In this document: positions 55,411-64,000 of the stretch, in pieces
Numbering within the stretch: the stretch's first letter is position 1
Layout: every line of letters begins with the position of its first letter
Assembly: GCF_009914755.1 (NCBI RefSeq)
Contig: NC_060928.1
Source: the human T2T-CHM13v2.0 reference genome, Homo sapiens
Length of the DNA stretch: 64,000 nucleotides
Strand: one strand, 5' to 3'
Program-made: the position numbers and the translations under genes
The notes under the pieces: model-generated
The model's database searches: none
What the model saw: the letters and a program-made list of their open reading frames with translations, nothing else
Told to the model about the DNA's origin: nothing

Positions 55411-57110
55411 TTAAGAGAGATACAAGAAACTGTTTGGATGTTCCTTCCCGTTTCAATGTATCTATATTTTTTCAGCCCTCAAAGTTATTATAAATGTCAT
55501 TATAATAACTTCATAAAGCTTCCCCTATAATGAGAATCTTACCATTCTCCTAACTCCAATAGCACTGTAATCCACCTCTGTTAGGACACATCACTCTTCA
55601 TCATGTGTGATTATTATTTGCAGATATCATCTTCAAGGCTCTTCTCTATTTACCACCTGCCATTCTTGTTCTCACCTCTACATGACCTTCACATTTTATT
55701 TCTCTCGGTTTTTTGGACAAGCTGCATTCCCTTCCACAGAGAAGGCTTCCCTGACCCCTTTCACTTGGTTGGATTACCTTGCTATTCTTTTCTATCTTTG
55801 TACATTCCTTTTCAAAATACTTATCTCCCTTGTTGTTACCTATAATGTCTGTCTTCTTTACTCAAGAGTCTAGACAAAAAGCTCCACGCCAGCCTCGGCT
55901 GTGTTTGTATTGTTTACGTCTGTGTTCCTAGTGCTTAATAAAATACCTAGCAAGGGTTAATAAGTACTTGTTGACTGGAAGGGAATGACTTCCTTCCCTT
56001 ACTAGAGAGTGATTTCCTTACAGGCGAGATGTGTCAACCTTCTATAGCCCACATAAAATAAAGGACAATATCTCCTATTGGATAAAAGACAAGAATTTAC
56101 ATATGAGTTTTGTCATTTACCATACCAGCTCTGGGATCTTAACTTTTTAGCCTCTCTGGGCTTCAGAGCTCTCATCTACATTAAGTTTTTCATTCATTCT
56201 GTCATTCAATAAATATTTATGGAATGCTTAGCATGTGCCACTAGTCTAGCAACTGTGGATACTGAAGTACGCAAGGCAGAATAGTACTTGCTATCTGAAG
56301 CACACGGTTTAATTGGGGTGGGGAAAGAGTTGGTGGGGAGGGTCTCATTAAACATATAAGCCAAATAAACCAAAATTACAGGTAGAGTTAAGGCCATGGC
56401 AGAGCAACTGAAGGTGATGAATTCAGAGAGGCCAGGAAGGGACCCTCTGAAGCGATCATATCTGAACTGAGTTTTTGAGTCAACTAAATGAGATAGTGTC
56501 TGTGAATGTCTTAGAATCATGTCTGGCATGTAATAAGTGTCATAAATGATAAGTATTACTATTTATAAAAACTTGTCAAAAAATGAACCAAAAATACAAG
56601 CAGCTTGTCTTTCACATATAAAATACTATAGTTGCAACATGTATATGTCTTTGTATAGTGAGAAAGCATATTGTATGTATATTATATTTCATTTGAGTAA
56701 GTTATTTTTTAACTGAAGGAATCTCCTATTTTGGTTCTGAAATAGTTAACGTTCCTTTTAAGTAGTCTCATTTATACCTTGAGAGTGATTTAATTACCCA
56801 CAGCATCTGTTTAACATTGTACTCACAGAGAAATCACAGAAACGTATGCAACATTGGTTGTTCCTAAGTAGATTCAATGTTCTCTAAGGTCTCATTAACC
56901 TGTAAGTTCTCACATGTTTGTTACATCTGAGCTAATGAAGAAATAGCCAGGGGTAAGGAACTGAGAAAGAGACTATGGCTGTCTCAACACAAACCCATTC
57001 CAGGACTGTAAAAAATATCTGACAAGTCATATCTTCCCAGTGTGGTAGTAAAATCACTGGAGTGTATTGGATGGTATAAGCAACTGAAGAGGATTAAGAA
57101 TGGCCTCTGT

Positions 57111-57430
<320 letters not shown>

Positions 57431-58139
57431 AGAATGGTCTCTTTGCCAGGCATTTCTCCTTTAGTCCCTAAAAAACATAGGCAGTAGGTAGCTGCCTCAA
57501 GTTGGATTCTTCAGAAGCTGACCCTTAGACGCAGGAGAGAGAAGTGTAAGATGGGGATAAAAGTCTCTTTTCCAGGTAAAGTCTCTGCCTGGGCTGGGGT
57601 ATTCTAGGGTAATGTGTAAATTACACATTGAAGTTTGTCCTTATTTGAGGTTAGAGAATTAGGCTTTCAAACTCCTGCACCAGTCACTCACTGGCTATGA
57701 CCCCAAGCAGCTCCAGTAGCCCAAGGGCAGTTCCCCAAAGACAGCCACAGATATGGGCTGGGCAAGCAAATGACAGAGGGGCTTTCTGCACAGAAATGAT
57801 GAAGGAGGCCCACAGAATCAGGGCAGAGCCCTACCCGTGCTCTACGGCATTCATATCCCCAATTTACATGGGAGAAAATCCGACACTCAGAGAGGTCAAG
57901 TACTTCATTAAAGGTAACTGTTTAAGGGGCAGAGCTTGGCTACAAACCCAGACAGATTTGACTCCACAGTTCATGCTCACTCTTCTCTACCAAATGTGCC
58001 TCCCTTTCCTGACCATCAGTTATATATTCAGGAACATATTCTGTATTTATATAAATAGACATTATTAACCTAGCTTCCTGAGGCAGAAGATTCTATCAGG
58101 AATTGTAGTGAAATATTATATTTGGGGATCTCTAGAAGA

Positions 58140-58900
<761 letters not shown>

Positions 58901-59055
58901 AAAATTTTCCCTATGAAAAGGTACAAGGATGTGATTCAGTATACCATCAAGAATCAAACCAGTCAACCAATAGGTAAATATTGAGTGTCTCTCACGTGTT
59001 GCATGTAGTAGATATAGTGGCAGCTAAAACACCCTTGGCCAGGACAAGTTAGCTA

Positions 59056-59421
<366 letters not shown>

Positions 59422-59699
59422 GGCCATGTTCATAGCTTTGGATCAGAGCTACTCAGGAAGAAGGTAAAGTTGGCTTTTATTTGATCTTTGGTAAACAGCC
59501 TATTTGCAATACTTGATTTTCATCTCAGTAATACATCCTGGAGGCCTAGTTACGTGGTACATTTTGTAATCTGGTGAGAAGCTCTGCAACAAACCCAAGA
59601 GCACTGATAAGTGGCCACTTTAACCCTGTAACCTTTCCTGTACATGATGGATAGTACTGGAAGCCCAGCAAGGTGCTAGAATATGAAAGCACTAGAAAA

Positions 59700-60245
59700 A
59701 ATCTGTCATCCGTCTAAACGTACATGGAGGTTTATGCTCAAAAGAAAAGAGTATGTTTCCAAAAGGCAAGTTCAGAGTGTTCATGATAGAACTATTGTTA
59801 GCCAAAAACTAGACATTATTCCAACACAAATAGAGAGTAGAATTCTTTAATAAACAGTGGGATTTTCTGGACTATTCATGATGTGAAATACCATTCAGTG
59901 ATGAGAATGAAAAACCTACTGCTATATCCAATAATATGGATGAATCTCACAAATATTATAATGAGTAAAAAAAGCCAAATACGAAAAACAACAAAATGTA
60001 GAATTCTATTTGTACGGAGTTTAAAAACAGGGAAAGTGAATGTTTTATTTTAGGAGTCAGGAGAGTCATTATCCCTGGCAAGGAATGAGGGGTAATAATT
60101 AGAAAGCAGCATAACGAGGGCTCCCGAGGTATTGGTAATGCTCTGTTTTGTAATCTGAATGCCAGTCATACAGATGTTCACTTAATGAAGATACTTATTG
60201 TCCACATACTTTTCTGTATGTGTCATACTTTTAAAAAATGTATTT
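59700..60245 (+). mobile_element. Old L1M 3' region
   Basis: ATATGGATGAATCTCACAAATATTATAATGAGTAAAAAAAGCCAAATAC...GGTAATGCTCTGTTT. Confidence 0.7.
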
Positions 60246-60679
60246 AAGCAATGAATTCATTCATCCGTTTATTCACTCATGTGTTAATTCTCCTGAAGAC
60301 GAACAGAGTTCTCTATTCTAGAACTCTAAAGGTAAGCTAGGCATGTAAGAAAGTCAAAGGCATCATTTCATGCTGTGATTCCACCTTCTGAAAATTCAAA
60401 CATCCTTCTTGGAGGCAGAGGAAGGAAAACCAAGCAGATCACAGAGCTGGGGACTCCATGAGAATTGGAAGTGGTAAAAAAGAACTTTTGTGCTTATTGA
60501 GGTTACTTTGCCTGGCCTGTCCTCCCCTCACCTCTGCCTAATGAAATACTAACCTTCTTCAAGTTCCATTCATGACGACTTCTTCTCAAACAAAAATTAC
60601 CTTGCCTTCTTCTAAATTTTTAGGACATTTGTCTGTGCTAATCATAGTTTATTCCCATGCATTATAATAATTTCTAGAA

Positions 60680-60915
60680 AGCAGTGTAATGTTGTGTTTA
60701 AAAGCTTGGGCTGCAGAGTCAAGCAGGGTTCAAGACCTTCCATCACTTGCTGTGTGACCTGGAGCAAATTGCTTAATCAGTATGCATTTTTTTCTCTGTT
60801 GTAAAATGAAGGTGATAATAGCTGGACCTATCTAATAAGCTGTTATGGAGATGAAAAGAGATAATGGATGTACAGCTGCTGGAAATCAGTAAAATCTCAG
60901 GAAATGTTTCCTATT
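60680..60915 (+). mobile_element. MIR
   Basis: CACTTGCTGTGTGACCTGGAGCAAATTGCTTAA...TGTAAAATGAAGGTGATAATAG. Confidence 0.7.
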
Positions 60916-61278
60916 ATTTTTACTGAGTACTATCTACTCTAGCAGATAATAGGTTCCTGAAGAACATGGAACATGACTCAGAGAAGTTACAGTGAATAAA
61001 CTCATTACAGACATCTCAGATTGGCTTGCCTTACATGTAGTCATGTTCTTTTTTCTCATACACTAGCTTAAACTCCTCTAGAACAGGACCTACAACTTAT
61101 TCATTGTAATATTCCTCACACAGCATAACACTGGGTTTTAGGTTACATAGATGGGTTATAATCTCATTTTATTAATGAGTTGAAGCCACTGAGGAAGTCT
61201 TGCCCTTTCTCGTTTAGCGATGCTCAAAGCAAACCAAAGATAACTTCTATAAACTCCCCCTATGAATTCTCTTACTTC

Positions 61279-61722
<444 letters not shown>

Positions 61723-61929
61723 ACTTGTTGTTTTTATTGATGAATCATCCTTGCTCCTATCTAAAGCCAAGTCTTCATTCTGGTTGGCATTTTCTCTACT
61801 TATTCAACTACTGGGCTCTTGAAATTCTCCTCCCTCTTTCCTGCATCATCAATCTTTTTCCTTCTACTGAACCACTTCCATTAGCATATAAACACGCTAT
61901 AATTTTTCCTACTAAAAAATGCTTTAAGA

Positions 61930-62278
<349 letters not shown>

Positions 62279-62329
62279 CTACACACAGGTAAAAAATAAT
62301 AATAATACAAAAATTAAAACAACAACAAA

Positions 62330-63310
62330 ATGTCCCAAGCCTACATCTCCTTCAACCTACCACCCCAATTCTTGGCTCCCCTTTATAACAAAACTCCTTG
62401 AATGAATTGTCTATACACAGTCTCCACTTCCAATTCCCCTTTTCTCGTTCTTTGTTGAACGACTTCAATCAGGTTTTTATTCCCAACTCTCCACAGAAAT
62501 AGGTCTTGTCACAATTTGCCAATGATCTGGAATTTTCCTAGGCTATGGAATTATGAGAAATAAACTCCTATTGTAATAAACCATTGTATTTTGTTGTTAT
62601 TGTTTGAATCACAGAAGTCAATCTTAGCTTAAGTAATAGAACTAAGAACATCCATATTTATGTATCTTTAATTTATATGCCTCTCTGCACTTCACACTTT
62701 TATTGCCAACTGTCTACTGTGCAACAAACGGAATGTACAGTAAGCATCTCACACTTAACATGTAAATACTAAACTTTTCATTTCCTCCCCTAAGTAGACT
62801 TTTCTGTCAGAAAATGTTTCACCCTTCTTCCTGCTCGGAGCTGAAGCCATGGGGTCATCCCTGATACCTTTCTTGTTCCGATATTCCACATCAAATCCAC
62901 CAGGAAAGGCAATTATCATCTCTCACCAGATTACTGCTATAGCTTTCTGACTGGTCTTTCTGCTTCCTCCCTGGCCCTGTCATATTCTATTTCCAACACA
63001 GAAACCACAACAATCCTCCAAGAATACAGTTCAGTGTAAGCCACTGTTCTGCACAAAACTTCCACCAGGCTTCTCATCTCATTCAGAGTCAAATCCAGAG
63101 CCCTTACCTTGACCTACACAGCCAGATGCTTTGTTCTGTTACCTGTCTGATCCCATCTCTGGCTTCCTCTCTCCTCCTTCACTCCCCCAGCCAAGCTGGT
63201 CCCTTTGGTCTTTCTTAAACATCACAGCCACTCCCCGCTCAGCGAACTCCACACTCAGGGACCAAGCACTGGCTGTTCCTCCTGCCCAGAAGTCTCTCCC
63301 CAAGAGAATG
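62330..63310 (+). mobile_element. L2 fragments
   Basis: CAAAACTCCTTGAATGAATTGTCTATAC, GATTACTGCTATAGCTTTCTGACTGGTCT, CACTGGCTGTTCCTCCTGCCCAGAA. Confidence 0.7.
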
Positions 63311-64000
63311 ATATGACTCACTTCTACACATTCTCAGTCTCTCCTCAAATTTTAAACTTTTTGTTTTGCATTTTAAATCATTCTTGTATTGATCTAAGAA
63401 ATACCTTCCATGCAAGAGACACTGTATTGGAAACTTGAAGATGAATATGAAATGTCCTCTGCCCTCAATAAACTGCTAAATAGGACTAGAGAATGGGCTT
63501 TCCAGGAAGGTTTCCTAGAAGAAGCAGGCCTGGAACTGAATCTTGAAGAAAATAAAAGAGTTAATTGGGAGTGGGAAGGGAGGGGTGGCAAAGCAAGTAC
63601 CTCTTAGGGAGAGAGCAATTGAGTATACGTGTGGATATGACAGAGTATGACATATTAGGAGGCTGCAAGATTAGCCTTATCTGTCCCCAGAACCTGGTCA
63701 TGTGCTACGACATGAGCACTAGAGATAACTCACTGAACCACAGGGGATGGGAGGGAGAGGAAAGAATCACCCTAGAGGCAAGTCTGATGTCAGACTATCT
63801 CTAGAGTCGTGCAAGAGAGGAAGCCAAGAGCAGCACACAGATATGCAAACTGCTGGAAACTGCAGAGCACTGCTAGTGACAAGCAGGGACACTCAGATAA
63901 GCAACTAGGATGAGAAGCCCATTAGGAAGAAGGAAAGACGGCTCAACATATGAGCAGAATTCAGGAACATGAATTCCTTGGAGATGCAAGATTCAGAGAC

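Overview
Repeat-rich human (Homo) nuclear DNA, intergenic or intronic, with no intact protein-coding exon that I can support. Human origin is inferred from a near-pristine AluYb8/Yb9-type insertion at 50273-50591. Main content: (1) a full-length processed pseudogene of HIGD1A on the minus strand (about 18929-20876), missed by the ORF track, with 5'UTR, disabled CDS, complete 3'UTR, poly(A) signal and target-site duplication (TSD), split by two later Alus; (2) retrocopies of Y1 RNA (3852-3961, -) and U13 snoRNA (11675-11777, +); (3) a decayed ERV1-class env remnant with polypurine tract and 3' LTR (about 41760-43891); (4) several nested LTR/DNA-transposon stacks with readable TSDs; (5) about 27 Alu-family elements plus L1, L2 and MIR fragments. 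The least explained signal is three separate short non-tandem local copies (124, 99 and about 80 bp, copied from 0.6-1.6 kb away), one of them inverted and enclosed by a 31-bp inverted repeat; these look like template-switch repair scars. I found no evidence for a new biological system. Family names come from remembered consensus sequences, not from a database search, and coordinates of old repeats are approximate.
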